NCBI GenBank assembly: GCA_963514005.1
Contig: OY740783.1
Coordinates: 129,146,001 to 129,210,000, forward strand
Direction: 5' to 3'
Length of the DNA: 64,000 bases
DNA from: Raja brachyura
Lineage: Eukaryota
The number at the start of each line of letters is the position of its first letter. The stretch's first letter is position 1. The position numbers were made by a program, and so were the translations under genes. Below are positions 9,670 through 22,372 of the stretch, piece by piece. A model generated the notes under the pieces. It saw only the letters and a list, made by a program, of their open reading frames with translations, was not told the DNA's origin and did not search any database.

Positions 9670-12245
9670 CTCATCAACATCACCATGGAAACACTTCCCC
9701 ATCACCATGGAGACACTTCCCCATCACCATGGAGACACTTCCCCATCACCATGGAGACACTTCCCCATCACCATGGAGACACTTCCCCATCACCATGAGA
9801 CACTTCCCCATCTCCATGAGACACTTCCCCATCATCATGAGACACTTCCCCATCTCCATGAGACACTTCCCCATCACCATGGAGACACTTCCCCATCACC
9901 ATGAGACACTTCCCCATCACCATGGAGACACTTCCCCATCACCATGAGACACTTCCCCATCTCCATGAGACACTTCCCCATCACCATGGAAACACTTCCC
10001 CATCACCATGGAGATACTTTCCCATCTCCATGAGACACTTCCCCATCACCATGGAGACACTTCCCCATCACCATGAGACACTTCCCCATCTCCATGAGAC
10101 ACTTCCCCATCACCATGAGACACTTCCCCATCACCATGGAGACACTTCCCCATCACCATGAGACACTTCCCCATCACCATGGAGACACTTCCCCATCACC
10201 ATGAGACACTTCCCCATCTCCATGAGACACTTCCCCATCACCATGGAAACACTTCCCCATCACCATGGAGATACTTTCCCATCTCCATGAGACACTTCCC
10301 CATCACCATGGAGACACTTCCCCATCACCATGAGACACTTCCCCATCTCCATGAGACACTTCCCCATCACCATGGAAACACTTCCCCATCACCATGGAGA
10401 CACTTCCCCATCACCATGGAGGCACTGCCCCATCACCATGGAGATACTTCCCCATCACCATGAGACACTTCCCCATCACCATGGAGACACTTCCCCATCA
10501 CCATGGAGATACTTCCCCATCACCATGAGACACTTCCCCATCACCATGAGACACTTCCCCATCTCCATGAGACACTTCCCCATCACCATGGAGACACTTC
10601 CCCATCACCATGGAGACACTTCCCCATCACCATGGAAACACTTCCCCATCTCCATGAGACACTTCCCCATCACCATGGAGACACTTCCCCATCACCATGG
10701 AGACACTTCCCCATCACCATGGAGACACTGCCCCATCACCATGGAGACACTTCCTCATCACCATGAGACACTTCCTCATCACCATGAGACACTTCCCCAT
10801 TACCATGAGACACTTCCCCATTACCATGAGACACTTCCCCATCTCCATGGAGACACTGCCCCATCACCATGGAGACACTTCCCCATCACCATGAGACACT
10901 TCCCCATCACCATGAGACACTTCCCCATCACCATGAGACACTTCCCCATCTCCATGGAGACACTTCCCCATCACCATGGAGACACTTCCCCATCACCATG
11001 GAGACACTTCCCCATCATCATGAGACACTTCTCCATCACCATGGAGACACTTCCCCATCTCCATGGAGACACTTCCCCATCACCATGGAGACACTTCCCC
11101 ATCACCATGGAGACACTTCCCCATTACCATGAGACACTTCCCCATCACCATGAGACACTTCCCCATCTCCATGGAGACACTTCCCCATCACCATGGAGAC
11201 ACTTCCCCATCACCATGAGACACTTCCCCATCACCATGAGACACTTCCCAATCTCCATGGAGACACTTCCCCATCACCATGGAGACACTTCCCCATCACC
11301 ATGGAGACACTTCCCCATCACCATGAGACACTTCCCCATCACCATGAGACACTTCCCCATCACCATGAGACACTTCCCCATCTCCATGGAGACACTTCCC
11401 CATCACCATGGAGACACTTCCTCATCACCATGAGACACTTCCTCATCACCATGAGACACTTCCTCATCACCATGAGACACTTCCCCATTACCATGAGACA
11501 CTTCCCCATCTCCATGGAGACACTGCCCCATCACCATGGAGACACTTCCCCATCACCATGAGACACTTCCCCATCACCATGAGACACTTCCCCATCACCA
11601 TGAGACACTTCCCCATCTCCATGGAGACACTTCCCCATCACCATGGAGACACTTCCCCATCATCATGAGACACTTCTCCATCACCATGGAGACACTTCCC
11701 CATCTCCATGGAGACACTTCCCCATCACCATGGAGACACTTCCCCATCACCATGGAGACACTTCCCCATTACCATGAGACACTTCCCCATCACCATGAGA
11801 CACTTCCCCATCTCCATGGAGACACTTCCCCATCACCATGGAGACACTTCCCCATCACCATGAGACACTTCCCCATCACCATGAGACACTTCCCAATCTC
11901 CATGGAGACACTTCCCCATCACCATGGAGACACTTCCCCATCACCATGGAGACACTTCCCCATCACCATGGAGATACTTCCCCATCACCATGAGACACTT
12001 CCCCATCACCATGAGACACTTCCCCATCTCCATGGAGACACTTCCCCATCACCATGGAGACACTTCCCCATCACCAAGGAGACACTTCCCCATCACCATG
12101 GAGACACTTCCCCATCACCATGAGACACTTCCCCATCACCATGAGACCCTTCCCTGCAAACATCACCATGGAAACACTTCCCCATCACCATGAGACCCTT
12201 CCCTGCAAACATCACCATGGAGACACTTCCCCATCACCATGAGAC
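9670..12245. repeat. Minisatellite of mixed 22-bp (CCATGGAGACACTTCCCCATCA) and 21-bp (CCATGAGACACTTCCCCATCA) units, about 120 copies; diverged units continue to ~13050
   Basis: Direct inspection; starts <100 bp after the TESK1 stop codon. Confidence 0.97.
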
Positions 12246-14314
12246 CCTTCCCTGCAAACATTGCCATGGGACCCTTCCCCATCACGATGGAGACCCTTCC
12301 CCATCTCCATGGAGACCCTTCCCCATCTTCATGGAGACCCTTCCCTGCCAACATCACCATGGGACCTTTCCCCATCACCATAGACCCGTCCCCATCACCA
12401 GGAGACCCCTGCCAACATCACCATGGAGACACATTTCCATCACCTTGGAGACTTCCCCATCTCCATGGAGACCCTTCCCCATCTCCATAGAGACCCTTCC
12501 CTGCCAACATCACCATGGGATCCGTCCCCATCACCTTGGAGACCCTTCCCCATCTCCATGGACACTCTTCCCCCATCACCATGGAACAATTCCTCATCAA
12601 CATCACCATGAAGTCCTTTCAACATCACCATGGAGACATTCCCATAAACCTATTCCCATCTGTGCAGGCATGGCACATCCCTAGCCGTGGCCCGGGAGTG
12701 AACCTGCTCCCGTGGAGACTGTTCCCTGCCAGCATCACCATGGCGACCTTTCCCATCTTCATGGAGACCATTCCCTATCAATAGGACCGTGGAGACTCGC
12801 CCCATCACCCATTAACATGTTCCCATGGAGAACCTTCCTCACCACAGACACTTCCTCACAACCCTCCTCTCTTGGAGATTCTTCTCCACCAATCTCTCCC
12901 CATGGTGACCCTTCAAAGCATCAATCATCGTCATGGAGGTGCTTCCATTCACCAATCTCCTATTGAGACCCTTCCCCACCAACCTCTCCCCAAATGGATC
13001 CCACCCACCAACCTTTCCCTTACACTTGACGATCTTCCATGTTGTCATCCACCAAACGTCCTCTGTCTCATCGGTTCCCCTCTCCCTGTTATTCCTTTGT
13101 CATCGCCCCCACACCTCCAGTTGACATAAGGCCACACCTAGGCCTTGTAAATACGCGCATGGCTGCTTTAGCTCAAAAGGTTTGAGTTAGACCTTGAAAG
13201 TTCGTTATATTAATCAATGTATTTTTTAACGCAAAAGGAAAGGGTTGGTTAGTGTGATACCTCCAGGAGCACACTGTGCCTTTAATGATGCTTGGTGCAA
13301 TACTTTGCCCTTGAATGGGGCCCAAATCTTAAATAGGTGTATACATGCAATGGATCTTTTTATGTCCTTGTATTTATTTTTTGATCGGTGCACTTGGTTT
13401 TAGGTTTTTTTTTTACTGTGTTGCTTGCTTATGGTGTACTTTAAGCAATATCCATTCCTCTCAGAGGTGGTTTAATGAAGCAAGAGAGGGACCCTCCAGT
13501 TCTCAGTCTTTGTCTGGGTTCTGTCCAGCACTGGTTTTCCATGAGATCTTTTGAGAGTGAACGACGCTGTCCCACCCATTGGGTTTGGACCCAAATTGCT
13601 GGACTCATGACGGCAGAGAAAACATGGACGACCCAAGACCAATTGTTGGCCAAACATCAGCTTTGGTGAGCCAGTAGGTGAAGAGACAGAATGGTCACAA
13701 GCCCCAGAGTAGTTTCTGACCGGGATGCAACCCGATTTTAATTTTGCGTCTTGCGTTGCTCCACACAGTGTGTGCATGTGTGCACAGACACCATCACCTG
13801 GTGTCATTCAGCTAAAGAAAAAATAAATCCCACATCACTGCTAGGATTTCACCCCTTTGAGGATACTTGCACTGGAGTGGGGGGAGTGGACAGAAATCGC
13901 AGTGTTTGTATGTACAATACTTTGATATACCTCTTATCTTGAGTGCACAGGGTGCAGGGCAGAAAACCGAACAGTATCTATATCGCCAGATAATGCACAG
14001 CAAGCCCTGTGCAGAATGTTCTTATGAGGAAAGGGCTGGGGTATTAGACATTGTGATTGTGTGAGGTTGGGATTGGGGGGGGGGGGGGGGGGGGGGGGTA
14101 GGGGAGTGAGAGGGACAAGCAGGTAAGTGCCAGCCTCTGCCCAGGTATCCACACAGTGACTGAAGAAGATCTTTCAGGGAAGGACCACATAGCTAACACT
14201 CCCACAGTGGCACTCAAGAGATTGCAACTTGCCATGGTCGAGACCTTCCAGGAAGTGAGTGGCTTCCCAGTGTAAAGATGCATCTTTCCCCCTAAAGATT
14301 AGACTGAGATTTTC

Positions 14315-14725
14315 AGCAAAGGACACAAAGTGCTGGAGTAACTTAGTGGGTCAGGCAGCAACTCTGGAGAACATGAATAGGTGGCGTTTAGGGTCGGGAT
14401 CCTTCTTCAGAAGGTCAGAAAGGTCTCGACCCAAAAGGGTTTCACAATGGTTCAATGGTTTCTTTATGGTCACATGTACCAGGTAAAGCAAAATACTTTT
14501 TTGTTGATTACAGCTCAGCAAGATTATTACTATATACAAGCATAATCCCCCGCTTAGTACAGAACAGCCCACTAAATCCATTTGTAAGAGGAACCATTTT
14601 ATCTCCTATCGCCAAAACGTCATCTATTTCTGTTCTCCAGAGATGCTGCCTGAGCCGCCATGTTGCTCCAGCACTTTGCGTCTCTCCTTGGTAAACCAGA
14701 ACCGCAGTTCCTTGCGCCTACACTG
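14315..14725. mobile_element. Penelope-tail-derived fold-back element with an internal LINE-tail insertion
   Basis: CACAAAGTGCTGGAGTAAC..CCTTCTTCAG (14324-14410) and the complementary arm CTCCAGAGATGCTGCCTGA..CTCCAGCACTTTG (14635-14680). Confidence 0.7.
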
Positions 14726-14968
14726 CGATTTCCAGCAGCTGTAAATACAGCACCCCGAGAGAGAGAAAGACTGAGAAACTCAGCAATGTACTAATACTAA
14801 TAACTCCACAGGATATAGCCCCTCGGAAGAGGGGGACCTGCGAGATCCCAGTGTGCACAGATATTTTGTTGTAAATTGGGCAAATATTGTTCTATTTTGA
14901 GGACGCCTTTTGTAACCTTTGGTTAATCTTTCTTGCTCTTTATTGTCTGACCAAAGTTGTCAGAGTTT

Positions 14969-14974
14969 AATAAA
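14969..14974 (+). terminator. Candidate TESK1 polyadenylation signal
   Basis: AATAAA preceded by U-rich, UGUA-containing unique sequence and followed by a U-rich tract (~15005-15025). Confidence 0.5.
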
Positions 14975-15185
14975 GCTTTGAATCTCTGATAGTTCTTACC
15001 CTACTTTTCATTTCATTTCATTTTCGTGAATGAAGAAGGCACACTGAAGTGGAAAGGCAGTGTGCCATTTAACTGCCAGAAGCCGGGAAGACTGCCTGGT
15101 TGTGATCAGTCCTGGGACATCTGACAAGACTGAAGGGCCTCAGTCCTGCTTAAGGGGTTCCCAGTTAGTAGAGCATAACACACAA

Positions 15186-15312
15186 GTCTGAAGAAGGGTT
15201 CCAACCCGAAACGTCACCAATTCCTTTTCTTCAGTGATGCTGTCTGACCCGCTGAGTCACTCTAGCACTTTGAGTTTATCTTCTGTGAGCACCTGCAGTT
15301 CTTTTCTACACC
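15186..15312 (+). mobile_element. Penelope-tail-derived element with hammerhead-like core
   Basis: CTGAAGAAGGGTTCCAACCCGAAACGTC then ACCAATTCC..GATGCTGTCTGACCCGCTGAG. Confidence 0.7.
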
Positions 15313-15349
15313 TTCAGCCTATAATGTCTGCAGAACATAATGCCAACAT

Positions 15350-15840
15350 AACCTCAGCATAATCTATATCCATGTGCCTGTCTGAAAGTCTCTTAAACAC
15401 CACTATCGTATCTGCCTCCACCACCACCCCTGGCAGCGCGTTCTAGGCACCCACCACCCTCTGCAAAAACACATTAAAATTAGTTCCTCTGGTCCTTGAT
15501 ATTTCCATTCTGAGAAAAATGTTCTGACTGTCTATCCTATCTCTGCCTCTCATAAATTTCATATACTTCTATCATTTCTCCCCTTAATCTGTGCCATTCT
15601 GGAAAAACCAGTCCAGGTTTGTCCAATCTTTCCTTGTAGCTAACACCCTCTAATCCAGGCATAACTCTGGTCAACCTCCTCTCCAAAACCTCCCCAACCT
15701 TTCTGTATGGGGCCACCAGAACTGCACACAACACTCCAAATACGGCCTGAGCTATAAAGCTGCATCGTGACTTACTGACATACTGAATCCACGACCTATG
15801 AAAGTAATCATAGCATATTTCTCCTTCACCAATCTATCTA
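15350..15840 (-). mobile_element. Decayed CR1 LINE fragment
   Basis: ORF 15537-15734 RRLTRVMPGLEGVSYKERLDK..RLRGEMIEVY. Confidence 0.8.
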
Positions 15841-16069
15841 CATGCGTGATCCTGAATGGTCACCGTTGGTGTGGTTTAGAGATACAGCGTAAAAACAGGC
15901 CCTTCGGCCCACCGTGTCCATGACAACTATTGATCACACCTACACTAGTTCTATTCTCCACACTATTGCCAATTTACAAAGGCTTACAAACCAGCACATC
16001 TTTGGAATGTGGGAGGAAACCAGAGCATCTGGAGAAAACATTCCAGGAAAAACGTACAAACTTGGCAGG

Positions 16070-16376
16070 ATGGTGGCGCAGCGGTAGAGTTGCTGCCTTA
16101 CAGCGCCAGAGACTCGGGTTTGATCCTGACTACAGGTGGTGCCTGTACGAAGTTTGTACATTCTCCCTGTGACCGCGTGGGTTTTCTCCAGCCGCTACAG
16201 TTTCCTCCCACGCTCGAAAGATGTGCAGGTCTGTAGGTTAATTGGCTTCAGTAAAATCTATGCAATTGTCCCTGGTGTGCAGGTTAGTCCTAGTGTATGG
16301 GGATCGCTGGTTGGCGCAGACTAGGTGGGCCGCAGTGCTTGTTTCCGCGCTGTCTCTCTAAGCTAAAATATAACTA
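16070..16376 (+). mobile_element. V-SINE/HE1-type SINE, full length, nested in an oppositely oriented SINE (~15875-16455)
   Basis: A box TGGCGCAGCGG, B box GGTTTGATCC, V-domain, tail TGTTTCCGCGCTGTCTCTCTAAGCTAAA. Confidence 0.85.
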
Positions 16377-17629
16377 GACTCCGTACAGCACCTGTGGTCA
16401 GGATCGAACCTGGGTCTCTGGTGCTGTAGGGCAGCAGCTCCACTGCTGTGTCACCTGAGGAAATAAAGAACAGGTCTCAGTCTGTAAATCCAACTAATTC
16501 CAATGAGTGAGTGTCTTGTGCAACAGGATTTGCACGACTCTGAAATCATCCTAGAATGAAGCAATTTTTAAAACAAGCAGCAATTCTGGTGCAGGTATCA
16601 GGACTGCCATTGTAGCCCAGATTGGAACCATTAACCACAGCACTAATCTGTTCTCCCAGATTTCAGACCACTAATCCTTTCCGCTGCTAGTTGACAAATA
16701 ATAATTCAGTCAATCCTTTTGAGAATCTTTTGGAAAGCACCGATTGCTGCCTCAGAGTCTTGCATGGGTAGTTTTGGAGATTCTGACCTCAGACCATCCA
16801 TGCCAGCTCTCGGAGCAATCGCACAATGCCACAGCTGGTAGAACTGCTGCCTCACAGCACCAGTGACACAGGTTCCATCCCGACCACAGGTACTTTTTGG
16901 AGTTTAGTTTTATTTTAATTTAGAAATTAATAGAAACAGGGAAAATTGGCGCAGGAGTAGGCCATTCGGCCCTTCGAGCCAGCACCACCATTCAATATGA
17001 TCATGGCTGATCATCCAAAATCAGAATCCCGTTCCTGCTTTCTCCCCATATCCCTTGATTCCATTAGCCCCAAGAGCTAAATTTAACCCGGGTTCTATCC
17101 TGATTTCAGGTTCAATGGTACTTTATTGTCATGTGTATCTACTGTGAAATTCATTTTCTGCATACAATTCAGTAAAAATCTTACTAAAACACAAGCACAA
17201 TCATACCCAAGTACAAGTGTGTAAGAATGGTAGATTACACAGAGGCAGTACAGAACAGTTGCCACGGTTCCTGGCGCTAAATTGTATCCTTCAAAGTTCT
17301 TAAAAAAGGAGAGCTTTGTCTTGGCCTTAAAGGCCCGTTGTCCTGGGTGCTGAATGTGTGGAGTTTGCACGTTCTCCCTGTGACCTATCCCATCCATGCA
17401 CCTATCCTAATGTTTTTTTAAATGTGATAGTACCTGCATCAACTACCTCCTTCAGCAGCTCGTTCCATATACCCACCATTCTGTGTTCCCCTCAGGTTCT
17501 TATCAAATCTTTTGCCCCCCCCCCCCCCAACATAAACCTTTATCCTCTGGTGCTTCATTCTCCAACTCTGGGTAAAGGACCCTGTGCATTTACCATATCT
17601 ATGCCACTTATGATCTTATACAGGCCATC

Positions 17630-18325
17630 ACACAAACCATCGTCCCTTCTGTTGACTCCATTTACACGTCACGCTGCCTCGGCAGGGCCAGCAACATAAT
17701 CAAGGATGAGTCGCACCCTGGCCACTCCCCTCTCCCATCAGGTGAAAAAGGTGTAGAAGTGTGAAAACACACACCTCTAGATTCAGGGACAGTTTCTTCC
17801 CAGCGGTTATCAGGCAACCGAATCATCTTATCACAACCAGAGAGCAGAGCTGAACTGCTATCTAAAGGGCCTGTCCCACTTGGGCGGCATTTGCGCGTCA
17901 CGCAGGTGGGCCGTGAGGATCTTCAGAATCCCGAAATCATGGGGCGCGGCGTGCCTACGCCACCACGCCTCGCCATGCACACGTAATGCACCCCACGCAC
18001 GGGTAACGCATAAATGATGTCACGGAAATGATGCGCAAATGACGCGGAAGTGGGACAGGCCCTTACCTCTTTGATGTCCCTCGGACTATCCTTGTCCTGA
18101 CTTTGCTGGCTTTACCTTGCGCTAGACATCATTCCCCTATCATGGATCTTTTTTTTCTTTCTTCTTATTCATTTACATTCATACAATCAATCCATTCACA
18201 GTGTATCTTATTCACTGTAAATGGATTGATTGTAATCATGTATTGTTTTTCTGCTGACTGGTTAGCATGCAACAAATAGCTTTTCACTGTACCTCGGTGC
18301 ATGTGACAATGAACTAAATTGAAAC
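17630..18325 (+). mobile_element. Rex1/Babar LINE 3' end
   Basis: CGCTGCCTCGGCAGGGCCAGCAACATAATCAAGG..AGTTTCTTCCCAGC; UTR ending TGTGACAATGAACTAAA; same family as 25110-25855 and 46330-46795. Confidence 0.75.
17866..18063. mobile_element. MITE with 16-bp TIRs (PIF/Harbinger-like)
   Basis: AGGGCCTGTCCCACTT ... AAGTGGGACAGGCCCT; CpG-rich interior; interrupts the Rex1 UTR. Confidence 0.8.
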
Positions 18326-20019
18326 TTATACACCTCTATTAGATCACCCCTCATCCTCATGCACTCCAAGGAATAAAATCCAGGCCCTTTATCATCCCAG
18401 CCATTCCCTCTCTTCCCTCAGGCAGAAGACACAAAATCTTGAATGCAGGCGCCACCAGATTCAGAAACAGCCTGCAATACATAACGATGCAATGCTGAAA
18501 ATCTGTATTCTGCACCTTTTGTCCTTGTGTCTGGTTTGATGGTACTCATGTATAGAATGATTGACTGGACAGCATGCAATCAATAGCTTGTCCAGGTACA
18601 CATGACAGTATATCAACACCAAGTAGGAGACTCCAGCGGTACATAAGCACCAGTCGAGAGAGAACGCACTAACTCCGTACAGACAACAACCATTGTCACG
18701 ATCAAACCCGGGTCTCTGGCGCCCGGCTGTAAGGCAACAACTCTACCGCTGCGCCACCATGCCGCCCCTGCTAATGGAGCAGTCGAGTCGTAAGGTCCCA
18801 ATGCTGTGCATCCGATATGACCATATGATTTACCATTCTCTAACATTTTGCTGGTTTGAATAATATTCCAAAAAGTCATAATGAAAAAGGGTAGAGAAAA
18901 TAATGCGATTTTTCACCTCTGTAGCCCAAATCAAAGGTGACAGGTGTGCTTTTTTATTATAAAATAACTCACAGATCAATTCTGTTGCAGCTTTATTAAA
19001 TCTGTACAGTAGATAAACTCCAAGTGCATACAACATGGCCTTGCCAGTTTAGTGTATACAGTGTGTTAAAAGGCCCTTCGGCCCACAAAGTCCATGCCAA
19101 CCAGCGATCACCCCACACTCCAGGGACAATTTACAGAAGCCAATTAACCTACCAATCTGCGCATCTTTGGAATGTGGGCGGAAACCGGAGAAAACCCACA
19201 TGGTCACAGAGAGAACAAGGTACAGACCAACTGAAGCCAGGATCGAACTGGGTCTCCAGCACTGTAAGGCAGCAACTCTCCTCTGCACCATTGTGCCACC
19301 CCTGTTAAATTGTGCCAAACACTTATGCAGAGACGGGTTGGTAAGAACTACGTAATTAAGGACATCAGCCATGATCACATTGAATGGCGGTGCTGGCTCG
19401 AAGGGCCGAATGGCCTACTCTTGCACCTATTGCCTATTGAGACTTGGACTAATGGTAAAAAAAGGTGTGACTGTGAATTCTAGCTTGGTAGCCAAGGCAC
19501 TTTCAGTTGAAATTATTATTAAAGTTTGGAATAAAACAAGTGTATCAAAATGGTGATCAGCCAATTACTTGAGACATCCCGGTGCATCACAGTTACTGTC
19601 CTCCCCACCATCATACGGATCTACATTGGAGGTGGAACACAAAGTGCTGGAGTAGATCAGTGGGTCAGGTAGGATCTCCGCCAGATATAGATAGGCATTG
19701 CAGGCCGGAACACTTTACTCATTCAGTTAAAGTATGATGAAGGTTCCCGAGCCAAAATGTCACCACTCCATAGCCTCCCGAGATGCTGCACGACCCACTA
19801 AGTTATTCTGGCACTTTGCATTGTACACAAGCTTCCAGCATCTGCAATTCCTTGTGTCTCCATGTAAACAAGGCACTGCCTCAAAATGGCAGCCAACATC
19901 AAAGAACCACACCACCCTGGCCATCCTCTCTTCTCGCCGCTACCATCGGGAAGGTACAGTTCGCCTACGACACTACTGTTGTTGGACGAATCACTGATGC
20001 AATTATAAATTATAATAAC

Positions 20020-20610
20020 GCCTCTACTTCCTGAGAAGATTACGGAGAGTCGGTATGTCAAGGAGGATTCTCTCGAACTTCCACAGTAGAGAGCGTACTG
20101 ACTGGTTACATCGAGGCCTGGTACGGTAACTTGAACATCCAGGAGCGGAAAATAATGCAGAAAGTTGTCACCACTGCCCAGTCCATCACCGGCTCTGACC
20201 TCCCCACCATCAAAGGGATCTATCGCAGTCGCTGCCTCAAAAAGGCAGCCAACATCATCAAAGGCCCACACCATCCTGGCCACACACTCATCTCTCCGTT
20301 GCCATCGGAAAGAAGGTACAGGAGCCTGAAAACTGTAACTTCCAGGTTCAAGAACAGCTTCTTCCCCACAGCCATCAGGCTATTAAACACGACAACCAAA
20401 TAAGCGTTGAACAATAAGTCTATTATTATTATTGCACTTTATCTGCTTATTGATTGTGTAGATATGGTCTATGGTCTATAGACACACTGAACTTTATCCC
20501 CTGTTCTGTATTATGCTTACAATATTCAGTTGTGCTGCAGCAAGCAAGAATGTCATTGTCCTATCTGGGACACATGACAATAAAACTCTCTTGACTCTTG
20601 ATTTGACGCT
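20020..20610 (+). mobile_element. Rex1/Babar LINE 3' fragment
   Basis: WYGNLNIQERKIMQKVVTTAQSITGSDLP..RCLKKAANIIK..RRYRSLKT..FKNSFFPTAIRLLN; tail GACAATAAAACTCTCTTGACTCTTGA. Confidence 0.85.
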
Positions 20611-21498
20611 TGTACAGGAGCCCGAAAACCGCAACCTCCAGGTTCAAGAACACATCTTCCCAGCAACCATCAGATTTAAACACTGCACAACACTAACCTC
20701 ACCAACTACAATCTGCTGTGGACTGTTTCTAGTTGTACTGCAAATTTTGGTTTTATTATGCTTCTAGGATTATGTTTATTATTTTATGGCATTATTGATT
20801 ATATATTTGTGTTTATGGGCCTGTTATGTTGCAGCTTGGAAAGATTTCATTATTCCGCTGCCAGTGCACTTGATAATTAAAACTCTTGACTCTAGCCATC
20901 CAGCCATCGACTTAGAAGCAGTCCAGGCACAGGCTCTTTGGTTCTTCAGCAAATCTACCGCCGTGCCAGCCACCATGTCCCTCATAATTTTATCAATCTC
21001 TCAAAAGCCACCTCTCGGCTTCCTTCTGTCATAATAACTTAACCTTTGCAGTCCCAGCAACTGCATTGTGAAGGTAGACACAAAATGCTGGAGTAATTCA
21101 GCAGAAGGAATGGATTACGTTTCTAAATTCTGAAGTCACCTTGTTTAGTTCAGTGTAATTTAATTAAACATTGTTTTGCGTCCTTCTCCGGGCAAATGGA
21201 GTTGCTACTTGCGAGTCGTGTTGTTACTTGCGAGCAAAGCACCAAGGGAAATTCCTTGTATGTATACTTACTTGGCTAATAAAATTCAATACAATTCAAA
21301 TCAAACCATACCATAGAGGGCAAGAGAGCACAGAGGGTAATGTTACGGCTACTGAGAAAGTTCAGATTAGAAAAAAGTGCAAAGGCGCAATGTTGTAAAT
21401 TGCGAAATCAAGAATTTAGTTCCGTTTAGTTTATTGTCACATGTACCAAGGTTCAGTAAAAAAAAAATTGTTGCTTGCTACTCAGCAGAAAGACTTCA

Positions 21499-22090
21499 CA
21501 TAGAAACATAGAAAATAGGTGCAGGAGGCCATTCGGCCCTTCGAGCCAGAACCGCCATTCATTGTGATCATGGCTGATCGTCCCCTATCAATAACCCGTG
21601 CCTGCCTTCTCCCCATATCCCTTGATTCCCCCAGCCCCTAGAGCTCTATCTAACTCTCTCTTAAATCCATCCCGTGACTTGGCCTCCACTGCCCTCTGTG
21701 GCAGGGAATTCCACAAATTCACAACTCTCTGGGTGAAACGGTTTTCTCACCTCAGTCTTAAATGACCTCCCCTTTATTCTAAGACTGTGGCCCCTGGTTC
21801 TGGACTCGCCCAACATTGGGAACATTTTTCCTGCATCTAGCTTGTCCAGTCCTTTTATAAATGTATATGTTTCTATAAGATCTCCCCTCATCCTAAACTC
21901 GAGTGAATACAATCCCAGTCCTTTCAATCTTTCCTCATATGACAGTCCCGCCATCCCAGGGATCAATCTCGTGAACCTACGCTGCACTGCCTCAATCGCA
22001 AGGATGTCCTTCCTCAAATTAGGAGATCAAAACTGTACACAATACTCCAGATGTGGTCTTACCAGAGCCCTATACAACTGCAGAAGATTC
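21499..22090 (-). mobile_element. CR1 (HER1-like) LINE 3' fragment
   Basis: ORF 21661-22017 AVQRRFTRLIPGMAGLSYEERL..GDLIETY; CATAGAAACATAGAAA tail. Confidence 0.9.
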
Positions 22091-22372
22091 AATTACATAG
22101 TTAAAAGTCAAGAGTGTTTTATTGTCATATGTCCCGAAATGGAACGATATATAAACAAATAATAATAGTGCAAGGACAAAAGCAATGCACCCAAGTCTAT
22201 GTTATTCAGAGCCTATTTAGAGGTTGTAGTGTTTAATAGTCTGATGGTTCAGGCTCCTGAACTTTACTCCCAAACCTCCAGAGCTGCTGGGTGACCCGCT
22301 GAGTTCCTCCAGCGCTTTGCGCTTTGTTGGAGATCCCAGTGCCTGCAGTTCCTCGCGCCTCCATCTCCACCC

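Noticed and set aside
8265-9686. Multiple long overlapping and antisense ORFs over the TESK1 exon
   Set aside because: Expected from stop-codon scarcity in very GC-rich sequence; only one frame has conserved motifs.
9670-12245. Possible CRISPR-like array (also 25884-26548 and 52125-52982)
   Set aside because: These are head-to-tail repeats with no unique spacers and no cas genes, in a eukaryotic context.
9654-12784. Dozens of His/Pro-rich ORFs (METLPHHH, MRHFPIT)
   Set aside because: They are translations of the 21/22-bp minisatellite. Frames switch with unit length and there is no independent coding evidence.
16070-16130. tRNA gene-like A and B boxes (many copies)
   Set aside because: They are SINE heads followed by the V-domain and a LINE-like tail, with no full cloverleaf.
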